DNA of 64,000 bases from Candidatus Latescibacterota bacterium. Lineage in GTDB: Bacteria > Latescibacterota > UBA2968 > GCA-2709665. Below the pieces are notes generated by a model. The model ran no database searches, had not been told where the DNA came from, and saw only the letters and a program-made list of their open reading frames with translations. The stretch spans positions 160,001 through 224,000 of the forward strand of contig CBDDDZ010000004.1 of assembly GCA_965226795.1 (NCBI GenBank), in the 5' to 3' direction. Both the position numbers and the translations under genes were made by a program. Of this stretch, positions 49,380 through 59,477 are shown piece by piece (positions within the stretch are counted from its first letter, which is position 1; each line of letters begins with the position of its first letter).

Positions 49380-50450
49380 CGTGTCGGAGACGGTGTGCCG
49401 CAAAAAGGGATGTGAACAGGGATACCCGTCCGTCGCCCACATTGCCCGATCGCCCGGGCACAGAATCAATCCGCTATCCGTATGCAGCCCGGCCTGCCCA
49501 TGCTGGCAGACACCCACCGGGTCGGCGTGGGTTCGGTACATCTCGGCCAGACCTTCGAGGCTTCGCTCCACCTCTCTCTCCATCCGCTCGAGCAATTCAA
49601 TGCGCGCGCGGCTGTTTCCCAGCAGCGGGGATTCCGGGTCGTCCTTCCCTATCAGCTCTTTTCCAAGACAGTGGTTGGTCTCCCACACCGCAGCCCCGGG
49701 GCCGGATGGTCTCCTGATGGTCTGCCCCGCCACGTGTTTTTCCAGAATAGCCACGTCTCCGGTGGCGTCGCCCATCAGAACGCTCATTCCATGCATTGGA
49801 ATCTCGAACCCGGCGCATAACGCCGCAGCCTCTTCCACCGAACGGCACTGTTCGGCCATTTGAGGCAACAGAAACAGCACGGGTACTCCGCCCCGGCGGC
49901 GTTCACAGCCGGTCAATCCTGTCATGCCGAACCCGAACCCGGCTTCGTTGACCGCCGCCGACGTCCAGACCGTGCCTACGAAGTGCAGCTGTACGGAACG
50001 CAGTTTACCGGCTGGCGCGGCGTGATGGATCGCGTTAGCCCCCAGCTCTCTCTTTCCGAGGTCGTCGGATTTCCCCAGCCACACCCGCCCGTCGTTGCCG
50101 GAAAACCCGAATACGCTGCACGCGGGCAATGAGAATTCATCCAGATCGAAGACGAGATTGAGCTCGAACACGTCGTCGAACGGCAACCCGGCACCCATCG
50201 CAATGCCCTCTATTTCGCGAACGATGTCGGGAAACAACCTGTCGATCTGCTTCGTCCAGAGTTCCACCTTTCGCTTCCTCGCATCCGGCGCCAACCCCGG
50301 GCGCCAACCGCCCTCCCCGTCGGCAAACTCCTCCCTGTATCGATCGATCAACCCGGCGATGCGGTCCGATGCCGCGCGGCCGTGCGCGATACCCCGTGCC
50401 GTCGCGTCGCCTTCCGTCCGGAGGTAGTACATAAACTCCTCGTTGCCCAT
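49377..50450 (-). CDS. C45 family autoproteolytic acyltransferase/hydrolase (Ntn)
   Basis: RGIAHG, EIEGIA.GAG, ACS nucleophile, VNEAG, TNH, SRAR. Confidence 0.85.
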   Translation of the reverse strand: MGNEEFMYYLRTEGDATARGIAHGRAASDRIAGLIDRYREEFADGEGGWRPGLAPDARKRKVELWTKQIDRLFPDIVREIEGIAMGAGLPFDDVFELNLVFDLDEFSLPACSVFGFSGNDGRVWLGKSDDLGKRELGANAIHHAAPAGKLRSVQLHFVGTVWTSAAVNEAGFGFGMTGLTGCERRRGGVPVLFLLPQMAEQCRSVEEAAALCAGFEIPMHGMSVLMGDATGDVAILEKHVAGQTIRRPSGPGAAVWETNHCLGKELIGKDDPESPLLGNSRARIELLERMEREVERSLEGLAEMYRTHADPVGVCQHGQAGLHTDSGLILCPGDRAMWATDGYPCSHPFLRHTVSDT

Positions 50451-50571
50451 TCAGAGGTCCATGCAGCCGTCCGCCCGACAGCTGTCGAAGCCGGCAAGAG
50501 TCCGGCGCCGGAACCGTCGCAGTTGAAATCCTGCGATCGTTTTCGATGGGAACCCGCGCCCGGGTATCCCC

Positions 50572-51444
50572 TTATTTCTCCATCGCCCGCGCCATGGCGC
50601 GCACGTGTTCCGGGCCGGCACCGCAGCAGGATCCCAGGTACCGGATATCCGCCGCCATCGCGACCCTTGCGAACCGGTTGAATTGCGTTACAGTGGCCGC
50701 GGACCCCTCCCACCAGGAATGCCAGGCCGAAGGCTGGCAGCAAACCGGAACGTCCACCGCGCGGCGCATCTGAATTGCAAACTCAAGCATAGCCGCCGGG
50801 GGGCATATGCAGTTCAACCCCACCACGTCGGCGCCGGCATCCGCCAGTTGTCTGGCGCATTCAGCCGGCGAAAACCCGTCAAACGTCTTTGCGTATCCCT
50901 TTCCCTCCATGCTCACCGTAACCACCAGCGGGAGTCCGGATCCTCTAGCCAGGTCCACCGCCAGGAGCGCCTCGTCCAGCCACGAAAATGTCTCCAGGAT
51001 CAGGAAATCGACGCCCCCGTCGCAGATCCAGGGAAGTTGCTCGTCCAGCCACGTGCGCGTCCGGTCGCGCTTTTCGGCATCGGAGGGATCGTAATCCATC
51101 AGTGAAATGCTCGGGCTGTTCAGGTTGCCCGCCACCAGCACATCGTCTCCCGCCACCTCTCTCGCGATCCGGCAGGCCGTGGTATTGATCTCCTTCGCGC
51201 GATCCCCGAATCCCGCCGGCTTCAACATATTCGACGTGCCAAAAAACGTGAGTGTCTGCAGAACCTCGGCTCCCGCGTCCTTGAACTCCTGCGTCAGCCT
51301 GCGCACTTCCTCAGGGTGGGTCGCCACCACCTGGGGCGTCATGGCGCCCATTCTCACGAAGCCCCTGAGCCGCAGCCCCATCAGATACCCCCCGTCACCC
51401 AACACAAAGCCCTTTTCCAGACGCTGCAACAGTCCTTCAGCCAT
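50572..51444 (-). CDS. homocysteine S-methyltransferase family protein
   Basis: LGDGG, DFLILETF, VVGLNC and GSCCG zinc ligands. Confidence 0.9.
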   Translation of the reverse strand: MAEGLLQRLEKGFVLGDGGYLMGLRLRGFVRMGAMTPQVVATHPEEVRRLTQEFKDAGAEVLQTLTFFGTSNMLKPAGFGDRAKEINTTACRIAREVAGDDVLVAGNLNSPSISLMDYDPSDAEKRDRTRTWLDEQLPWICDGGVDFLILETFSWLDEALLAVDLARGSGLPLVVTVSMEGKGYAKTFDGFSPAECARQLADAGADVVGLNCICPPAAMLEFAIQMRRAVDVPVCCQPSAWHSWWEGSAATVTQFNRFARVAMAADIRYLGSCCGAGPEHVRAMARAMEK

Positions 51445-51456
51445 AGGACAACACAC

Positions 51457-52720
51457 TCAACTTTCTGATTTAACCCGCGCCTCCTGCAACAACGCGATCG
51501 CTCCTTCGCGGATTTGCGCCTCGGATTCCATCTCCAGGGGCGCGAACAACACCTCGCCGTCCCCCTCCACACGTGCGTGCGCCGTTGGCAGATACCCCAC
51601 CTCGGGGCACGGGTTGCACAAAAGCAGAACCCTGTCGAACCCGGCGGCCTCTCGAATGGCAAACGCGGTCTCCATAAAGGGCTCGCCCGGAATATGGATC
51701 AACGCGCTATCGCCTAGTATGACCGCACGAAAGTCGAACGAACAGGAGGTCTCATCCTGATAAGTCTGCGCCAGCCAATATTCGTATCGCGCGAGACCCT
51801 CTGCCGCGGGGGGATTCGCCTGCCATTCCTCCCGGGCCGTCTCGACTGCCGCCACGGGCTGCCGTTCAATCCGTTCGGTACGTTTGAAAAGCCCCAATTC
51901 CACGTCCGCCCGTGGGGTGAGACCGTTGCAGACGTCCAGGACCGTTTTCGCGATCGATCTGCCGATGCGCCCGCAGGGATCATCCTACAGGATGCACATT
52001 GCCCAGCGCGCCCTGGATGAAAAGGCCGTCGATTCCCCTTTCGGCAAGTTCCCGGCATACCGCACCGGGGTAGTCCGCCGAAATGTTGCCTCGAAAATCC
52101 CACAGAGCAAGTGCGTGACAGCCGAAATTCATTAGCACAATGGGCCGCCTGCCGCCCCTGTCGAAATGCACGACGCCCACCTGGCGATCCACCGCATCGT
52201 AAACCAGATTGTCCGGCGGCCTCGAAAACTCCGTCAGCGACACCATCCGCAGATTGCCCTGCTTATCGTGAGCCCGGCGGTTGTATTGCAGCCCATTCTC
52301 CGCCGAGCCTGCGCCGACCGCCACGCGGGCCGGGGAGACGTCGGCCCGGGCCATTCGCACCGCCTCGGCGGCCGCCCGTGCGTAACGCGCCTCGTTTCCA
52401 AATTCCTTCAACGCTTCCGTAGGCTGATTCACGTAAAACTGGAACAGCGTCGGCCCCGTTCCCATATGGCTGGCGCCCGGGAGGATCCACGAAGGGTCCA
52501 CGTCTGTCTCCGCCAAGTCCGCAGCCATCATGTCGAAACAGATTTGGTCGAACAGGAACATATCCACCGCCAGAAACGTTATCTGCCGGTCGCCCTGCCG
52601 TACGTGCAGCGCACGAAAAAAGATGGGATCGTAGACCTCAAATGATTCGTGCGGTGCAGGCGTTATATCCACCTTGCCGAAACCCGCCAGTATCTGTCGG
52701 CTTGCGTCCGATTCTCCCAT
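51457..52720 (-). pseudogene. neutral-ceramidase-like (N-terminal domain family) hydrolase, frameshift near 51984
   Basis: GFGKVDITP, ASHMGTGP, YNRR, NFGCH, ISADYPG, QGALGNV; continues in another frame to IPGEPF and GYLPT. Confidence 0.75.
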
Positions 52721-52820
52721 GAGAGGCGTCCTTTCGGTTGAGACGGCGCGCTTCCCTGCGCGACGTCCAGGGCCGGGACTCCACATCCGATATCGGCGGC
52801 GGGCCCACGGTTGACGTCCA

Positions 52821-52930
52821 ATCATAATACCACCATCCCAGACTGTCAAGTCGGGATCGGCAGGGTTCATCGCCCAGGCCTGCCGCCCGGGATTAAGTGC
52901 TTGACAATGGAGACTGGCGGGGGCTACTTA
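52821..52930. promoter_or_regulatory. back-to-back sigma70 promoters
   Basis: Minus: TTGACA-17-TATGAT (52849 to 52821); plus: TTGACA-18-TACTTA (52901-52930). Confidence 0.6.
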
Positions 52931-53193
52931 TCTGAAAATCAGAGCGCGGAACGGCCAGGCTTTTTCCGGGACGGCGGCGAACTGCCGTCTCTTGTGCGCC
53001 GGTTGGCGCCGCAATCAGTCTATCTGGTCCACCGCGACGCGGATGCGCGCCCCACCCTGGCGTCGGACGTCGATGTATTCCTTATCTCGTGGAACTGAAC
53101 GTAATTTCAGAAACAGTCGGCTGGCCGATCCGCATCCGGGAGTCGTCCAATCAGGGGCAGATTGCACGAGGAGAACGGTGAGGGTAAAATCCA

Positions 53194-56100
53194 ATGATTG
53201 ATTTTATATCCGCAGGTACACCGGCGGAGGTGCTGGCGGCAGGCATCTTCCTGCTTCTGCTTTTTGGATTGCCACAGCCGGGCAATGCGTCCGTTGCGCG
53301 CGCCTACTATACCCCCGCACGGATGGACGTGGTTCGGCGCAATCTGGAACATTATGACTGGGCTCGGGACCAGAGATCGGAGATAATGAGCAGGGCGGAG
53401 CATTGGGCCGGCTACGAAGACGCGAAGCTGCGAACCCTCGTTTCACCGCCTCAGGTACCGCGGGGATACCAGGTGCATAACGATGGGTGTCCCGTACACG
53501 GCGTGAAGGTCCACGAACAGGGACTTTACAGGTGGATTATAGACTTTGACAGACCCTACAAGATAACGTGTCCGGTGGGCGGAGAGACCTATCCATCGAA
53601 CGATTTCGAAGCATTTCTGGCCACGGGCATGCAAGACAGGTCCCTGCTGACCGGTCCGTACGCCGACGACGGATGGGGGTGGCATCGTCCCGGCGACCAC
53701 GTGCCGGCAAACCACTGGTTCGTGGCATATTACGCGCACTGGAGTATGATGCGGTTCCTGATGGAGGCGATCGAGGTTCTGGGCCAGGCGGCAGTGCTTG
53801 CGGAGGATAGTGATCGGGCGAAACTGTACGCGCACAAATGTGCGCTTCTGCTCTGGCAGCTGGCAGAGTACTATCCCGATTACGAATACGATAGGCAGTC
53901 CAGGGAAACCAAGGAGCACAACCCCAACTATACGGGCAAGCTGTTCAATATGATCTGGGCAACGCGACCGCCTCATACGTGTGCAATCGCTTACGATGCG
54001 GTGCGACCCTTTCTGGATGGCGACGTCGTGCTTCAGAGGCTCTCGGGCAAGACAGGTCCGGAGATTGACTCGACGATCCGGGAGCGGTTGCTTCTCGAGG
54101 CGGCCAGATGCATTATGGATGGGAGGGAGGGACGCATCAGGGGCAACTACGGAATGCACCAGAGGGCGTTGCTGATGCTGGCGCAGGTACTTGCGACTTC
54201 CGAGGGCCATCCCCACACCGGGGAGATGATACGGTATGTACTGGAAAATCCGAACCTCGTAAGAGACACGGATATGGGGTTGCGGGATGCGCTTGAGAAT
54301 CTGGTCTACCGCGACGGCATGCCGCATGAGTCGCTCGGATACAACGTGATCTGGGTACACGATTTGACGGAGCTGGCGGCCTTGATGGTGGATACAGGCA
54401 TTAACCTTTTCGAACACCCGCGATACAGGAAGCTCGTGACCTGGGCGTTTGACGTTTGTATCGCGGGAAAGTTTACCCCTTCCACCGGGGATTCGGGCGA
54501 TATGTTTGCTCAGGGTGGCGCGTGGCAGCCCGCCGTATGCCAGATCGCGCTGCCGTATGTGAACGACGCCCGCCTCGCGTGGGTTCTGAAGACGCAGCCG
54601 GGCGTCCGCCAGGATCTGTTCACCAAACCGGTTGAGGCGCAGCTTTCGGAGCTGCCGGAAGAAGAGGACCCTGAGATCGGGACAAGCTCGTTTCATTTTC
54701 CTGCGTACGGAATGGCGAATCTTCAGTGCGGGAACGAAACGAACCGGTCGGCCGTTTCGTTCTTTTACGGCGACCACCAGGCCCACCGGCATTGTGATCA
54801 GTTGAACATCCTGTTTTTCTCCCACGACAACGCGCTGTTGACCGATATCGGGTACCCTGAGCAGACGGATTCGTTCAACCACCGGCTCGCCGGTTTTTTT
54901 ACCAACACAGTGGCGCACAATACGGTGGTGGTTGATGAAGTCAGGCAGGGGCGTGGACCGGGGCGGCTGCACGGACTGGTGACGGGGGGTTTCGCGCAGG
55001 CCGTCGATGCGTCCTGCGACGGCGCCTATGAGGGGAGGGTTGATCTCTACCGGCGGGCGAATATGCTGGTTGAGGCGGCCCCCGGACAGCACTACCTGTT
55101 TGACATATTTTATGTGAACGGGGGCCGCCAGCACGACTACATGCTTCACGGCAATCAGGCGGAGTTCGTCTGCAGGCCCGCCCTGGGGCCGGTCCGGGAG
55201 TCGGGGACGCTCGCAGGTGAGGACGTGCCCTACGAGCAGTTTTACGACGATCCCGAGTTGAAGGATAAACGTCTGTCCAGCGTTCCGTACACCGGGTACC
55301 GCGGTAGCGGGTACCAGTTTCTGTACAATGTGCAGAAGGGACATATGAATGGGAACGCGATTGCGGAATGGAGACTTACGGAGCCTATTGAGGGCCAGCC
55401 GGAACGCCCCTGGCGGGGCATCGGACTTCGAGCGCATCTGATCGGACGGGACGAGGAACTTTTCGCGTGCGACGGCCCGGTCCAGAAGTACAAATACCTG
55501 CCGGACAATGTGAAGTTCCTGGTGCGCCGGCGAACCGGCCCGGGTCTTTCCAGCCGGTTTGTCACGGTGTTCGAACCCTATAAAGACCGGGCTTGGATCC
55601 GGCGTACCACACAGGTCGAATTGACGCCGGACGGGTTTGGGGCGTCCGCGGTCCGGGTGGACCTGGAAGACGGGAGCACCCACTATCTGTTTCACGCGCT
55701 GGATGCAGACCAGGAGCATACGATGGAGAACGGCATCAGGGTGGCGGGGCAGATGGCCGTTCTGGCGCTTGATAAACGCGGGCGTCCGGATCGGGCGATG
55801 CTATTCAACGGCAGGATTCTGGCAATGGACGGATTCAGGCTGGCAGGAAGAGGAGTGGGCCGCAGCCGGATCGCGTCCGTGGATTACACGCGGGGGACAG
55901 TTGAGCTTGTCGACCCCGTGATCGACGGCGAACTCCCTTCAGGGCAGGCCATTCCGGTGGTTTCGGATGGGTATTCGGGCAGTGTTACGCTGTCGACGGT
56001 GATTGACCGGCGGCGGTTTTCCATTGGAGACGAAGACGTGAGAGTGGCCGGCGGACCGGTGCTGGGTGTAAGTGCCGACCGCCTTCTCACGAGCGCGTCC

Positions 56101-56334
56101 AATCCTCACGCGCACGTCGGAATGTCACTCCTGAACAGCCGGAACGAGCCACAGGGACGGTTGGCGGAGAAGGTGGACGGCGGCTGGCGGATCGACCGCG
56201 AGGGTAGAGGGCCGATGACATTGGAAGACTTCCCTGTGGCCGAGGGCGATGCCGGGCCCCGGTATTCGGTGGCGATGGTGGGCGCGGGCGATTGGGTGGA
56301 GATTCCAAGCGTGGTACATTTTTCAAGGACGTGA
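53194..56334 (+). CDS. heparinase II/III family protein (exported polysaccharide lyase-like)
   Basis: Signal peptide, GNYGMHQ, ESLGYN, HRHCDQLNI, DIGYP, HNTVVVD, FVTVFEPY. Confidence 0.85.
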   Translation: MIDFISAGTPAEVLAAGIFLLLLFGLPQPGNASVARAYYTPARMDVVRRNLEHYDWARDQRSEIMSRAEHWAGYEDAKLRTLVSPPQVPRGYQVHNDGCPVHGVKVHEQGLYRWIIDFDRPYKITCPVGGETYPSNDFEAFLATGMQDRSLLTGPYADDGWGWHRPGDHVPANHWFVAYYAHWSMMRFLMEAIEVLGQAAVLAEDSDRAKLYAHKCALLLWQLAEYYPDYEYDRQSRETKEHNPNYTGKLFNMIWATRPPHTCAIAYDAVRPFLDGDVVLQRLSGKTGPEIDSTIRERLLLEAARCIMDGREGRIRGNYGMHQRALLMLAQVLATSEGHPHTGEMIRYVLENPNLVRDTDMGLRDALENLVYRDGMPHESLGYNVIWVHDLTELAALMVDTGINLFEHPRYRKLVTWAFDVCIAGKFTPSTGDSGDMFAQGGAWQPAVCQIALPYVNDARLAWVLKTQPGVRQDLFTKPVEAQLSELPEEEDPEIGTSSFHFPAYGMANLQCGNETNRSAVSFFYGDHQAHRHCDQLNILFFSHDNALLTDIGYPEQTDSFNHRLAGFFTNTVAHNTVVVDEVRQGRGPGRLHGLVTGGFAQAVDASCDGAYEGRVDLYRRANMLVEAAPGQHYLFDIFYVNGGRQHDYMLHGNQAEFVCRPALGPVRESGTLAGEDVPYEQFYDDPELKDKRLSSVPYTGYRGSGYQFLYNVQKGHMNGNAIAEWRLTEPIEGQPERPWRGIGLRAHLIGRDEELFACDGPVQKYKYLPDNVKFLVRRRTGPGLSSRFVTVFEPYKDRAWIRRTTQVELTPDGFGASAVRVDLEDGSTHYLFHALDADQEHTMENGIRVAGQMAVLALDKRGRPDRAMLFNGRILAMDGFRLAGRGVGRSRIASVDYTRGTVELVDPVIDGELPSGQAIPVVSDGYSGSVTLSTVIDRRRFSIGDEDVRVAGGPVLGVSADRLLTSASNPHAHVGMSLLNSRNEPQGRLAEKVDGGWRIDREGRGPMTLEDFPVAEGDAGPRYSVAMVGAGDWVEIPSVVHFSRT

Positions 56335-56499
56335 TTGTATTGCGGGCAGCGGGCGATGGTCGAAAGCGACGCCGCTGTTTCTGCACGGACTGACGGTGTC
56401 CGGGCGGGTCGCCGGCGGCTTGAAAGGACGGCTGGATTTGAAGAACTTTCTCGCAGACACGCGCGATCGCGGATCGGCCGCCCTGTCCGCAGGGCCGGG

Positions 56500-57516
56500 A
56501 TGGGTCTTCTGATGTCCGGACGACGGAAGTTAATGGGTGCGCTCGACGAGGTCCGTCGGAAGGGCGCGGCATGGTTGATGAGGCATCTGAATGCGGATGG
56601 CTCCCTGGGAGATCCGACCGAAGGTTTTCATATTTACCGGGCGCCGTGGACGTTTTCGATTGTTGGCGAATCCGGGGCGGCGGCCGGGATCTGCGATTGG
56701 ATCCGGCGGGAGATGTTGACCGCGGAGGGCAGAATCGAGGGGCCGTATCGCGTGTTCGACGATGCGTACGCCTACCGGAACGCCACACTGATTGTCGGCG
56801 CGCATCTCGCGCGGCAGTATGATCTGAGCTATGGGTTGATGCCGGATCTGCTTTCGTGGCAGGACAGCGCCTCGGGCGGTTTTCGCAACGACCGCATGGC
56901 AGACGGCGGCATGAACGACCGCATGGATATCCCGTACGCATGCGGTCCCGGGTTGGCGTGCCTTGCAACCGGTCGACTGGACATCGCGGGTTGTGTTTAT
57001 CGTTTTTTGCAGCGAATGTATTCGGCGCAGATGGAATTACCCGAGCGGTTCTACTATGCCTGGTCGTGTAAAGACGGCGGCGTGATCACCGACTTTACGG
57101 ATGATGAGGCCTTCCGGCACGTGGTGTACAACCCTGTGGACCGTCCGCAACGTTGGACCGTCGGGGGCATCGCGGCCGGGTTTCTGTGTCGACTTTACCT
57201 GGCGGAGCCTCGCCCCGAATACCTGGCGCTGGCGCGACGTTACCAGGCCTTTTCAATGGCAGCGACGAATGCACAGTTCAAGTACGCGCAGGTCTGCAAA
57301 AGCAGTTGGGGAGCTTCGCTTCTGTATCAACTAACCGGCGAACGCGCTTATCTGGACTGGGCATGCCGCATGGGCGACTGGTACATTCAGACCCAGCAAC
57401 GGGAGGGGTGCTGGCACTGGACGGGATACGAGACACTTGGATCGCGCATCGAACTGACGCTGGAATTTGTCATGCACACGGACACGTTGATCGGCGGTCT
57501 GGCGTCCCGGATGTGA
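56500..57516 (+). CDS. hypothetical alpha/alpha-barrel protein with QW-like repeats
   Basis: AWLMRHLNADGS, LLSWQDSASGGF, WYIQTQQREGCW; start uncertain. Confidence 0.7.
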   Translation: MGLLMSGRRKLMGALDEVRRKGAAWLMRHLNADGSLGDPTEGFHIYRAPWTFSIVGESGAAAGICDWIRREMLTAEGRIEGPYRVFDDAYAYRNATLIVGAHLARQYDLSYGLMPDLLSWQDSASGGFRNDRMADGGMNDRMDIPYACGPGLACLATGRLDIAGCVYRFLQRMYSAQMELPERFYYAWSCKDGGVITDFTDDEAFRHVVYNPVDRPQRWTVGGIAAGFLCRLYLAEPRPEYLALARRYQAFSMAATNAQFKYAQVCKSSWGASLLYQLTGERAYLDWACRMGDWYIQTQQREGCWHWTGYETLGSRIELTLEFVMHTDTLIGGLASRM

Positions 57517-57528
57517 GGAGGATGCATC

Positions 57529-58539
57529 GTGCGGGTTCTTGTAACCGGGGCGACGGGCCGAATCGGACGACACCTGGTACGTGCGCTGGCCGAGGCAAGG
57601 CATACCGTCCGGGCGCTTGTAATGCCGCAGGACCAACGGGCGGCGGGTCTGGCGCCGGACGTTCAGGTCGTTTTCGGACGGCTCGAAGAACCTGCCTCGC
57701 TTGAACCCGCGGTGGGGGATGTGGACGCCGTATTCCACCTGGCCGGCGCTCTGACTTCACGAGGCTGCCGAGAGGAAGAATTCGTCCGGGTGAATCTCCA
57801 GGGCACGTTTAATTTGCTGAAGGCCGCGCGCGACCGGACGGCATCGCTCCTGCACTTTGTTTACGCCAGCAGCGATGCCGTTTATTTCGAGAGGCCGGAT
57901 GCAGACGCCCGGTACCTGCCCGTGGACGAAGACCATCCCCGGTTGTCGGGTTCGGTTTACGGCGCCAGCAAAATTGGCGCGGAGGAACTCTGTCTGAGTT
58001 TCGGCCGCGGTTTCGGCCTACCCGTGACGATCTTGAGATTTGGCGCAACCGCGGACGCCGCGGAACTCATCGATCCGAACAGCGTATTCGCGCGCTGGTT
58101 GTTTCTGAGCGCGGCGATTGACCATGCAAGCGCAATGACTGCGGCGAATGGCGCGCAGATAAAGACGCGGGCGGTTTTGGAAGCGTTGTATTCCGGTGTC
58201 GAGCAACTCGTTGTTTACGCGGACTGCGACGGGAACGCCGAGGTTCGGCAGTGGGCCGATGCTCGCGATATCGCCGCGGGATGTATCCGCGTACTGGGGA
58301 AGGCGGCGGCGGTGGGACAGGTATTCAACCTGGGGGGACGGGAACCGCATGGCGCGAGGGAGTTCGTTACGTTCCTGGCCGCGCGATTGCAACTGCCGCA
58401 TGTGACGGCACGTATTCCAACCGCACGACGGCCCTGGTATATCACCAGCGACAAGGCGAAATGCATGCTGGGTTATGAAGCCCGGTACACGGTGTATGAT
58501 ATGGCGGAAGAAGCGATTCGGATGCGGGTGACGTCGTGA
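57529..58539 (+). CDS. NAD-dependent epimerase/dehydratase
   Basis: VTGATGRIG, NLQGTFNLL, YGASK; paralog of 16273..17250. Confidence 0.9.
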   Translation: MRVLVTGATGRIGRHLVRALAEARHTVRALVMPQDQRAAGLAPDVQVVFGRLEEPASLEPAVGDVDAVFHLAGALTSRGCREEEFVRVNLQGTFNLLKAARDRTASLLHFVYASSDAVYFERPDADARYLPVDEDHPRLSGSVYGASKIGAEELCLSFGRGFGLPVTILRFGATADAAELIDPNSVFARWLFLSAAIDHASAMTAANGAQIKTRAVLEALYSGVEQLVVYADCDGNAEVRQWADARDIAAGCIRVLGKAAAVGQVFNLGGREPHGAREFVTFLAARLQLPHVTARIPTARRPWYITSDKAKCMLGYEARYTVYDMAEEAIRMRVTS

Positions 58540-59309
58540 TGAATCTTTCATGTTGTGTATGGGCCATCGAAGGGGCCGAAAACGGGATTCCGGCACGGGC
58601 GGCCGCGTTGGGATTTGAGTGGATCGACGTACGGCCGTTCGCATTTTCTTCGGAGGAGGCGCGGCTGAAAATCCGGAAACACGGGCTCTCGGTTTCCTGT
58701 ATTGCGGCATCGTTCGGAATGCCGGAAGGCGCGAGACTGAGCAGCCCCGACCGGGACCCCAAAACGAGAGCCGCATCCTATTACGATCGGACACTGGCCT
58801 TTGGCGCCAGTCTGGGAGCGTCCGCGGCCTACGTCGTTCCGGAGGATGACCCGGCGTCTCTGGATAGATACGCGGTCGGGTTGAAAAGGATGGCCGACCG
58901 GGCCGACGAATTGGGTGTGCGGTTGTGCGTGGAACATTTCCCGGATTCCGCGCTGCCCACAGCCTCCGGAACGATTGCCTTCTTGCGGGACGTGGGGCAT
59001 CCAAACCTGTTCCTGCTGCTGGATATCGGCCACGCGCAGATGTCCGGCGAAGACCCGGCCTCGGTGATTTCGGACGCGGGACCCCTGCTGGGTTACGTCC
59101 ATCTGGACGACAACGACGGATCGCATGATTTGCATCTGGGCCTGACGGACGGAATTCTGACCGAAGCGATACTGGCAGATAGCTTTGCAGCCTTGAGAGA
59201 TATCGGCTACCGTGGCGGTCTGAGTCTGGAATTACACCCCGGTCTACCGGATCCGATCGATGCGCTCGGACGCAGCCGGGAGATCGTTCGACGGGTAAAC
59301 ATTGGATAG
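58536..59309 (+). CDS. sugar phosphate isomerase/epimerase (TIM barrel)
   Basis: VEH, LDIGH, VHLDDNDG..DLH, LEL. Confidence 0.88.
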   Translation: MMNLSCCVWAIEGAENGIPARAAALGFEWIDVRPFAFSSEEARLKIRKHGLSVSCIAASFGMPEGARLSSPDRDPKTRAASYYDRTLAFGASLGASAAYVVPEDDPASLDRYAVGLKRMADRADELGVRLCVEHFPDSALPTASGTIAFLRDVGHPNLFLLLDIGHAQMSGEDPASVISDAGPLLGYVHLDDNDGSHDLHLGLTDGILTEAILADSFAALRDIGYRGGLSLELHPGLPDPIDALGRSREIVRRVNIG

Positions 59310-59477
59310 TTCCGGAGTCCAGCCAGGACGTATTCCGGTTCGGTCACACCCCGCTGAACCGTCAAAAGCGAAATTACGGCCGGTTGAATCAAGCGCGAGG
59401 ATTGACGCCGTGACGTTCACGGTCGAAATCCCGCGCAGACGAAGCGGGGCCATCGAGCCCTGTGCGAGGAGGCCAGG

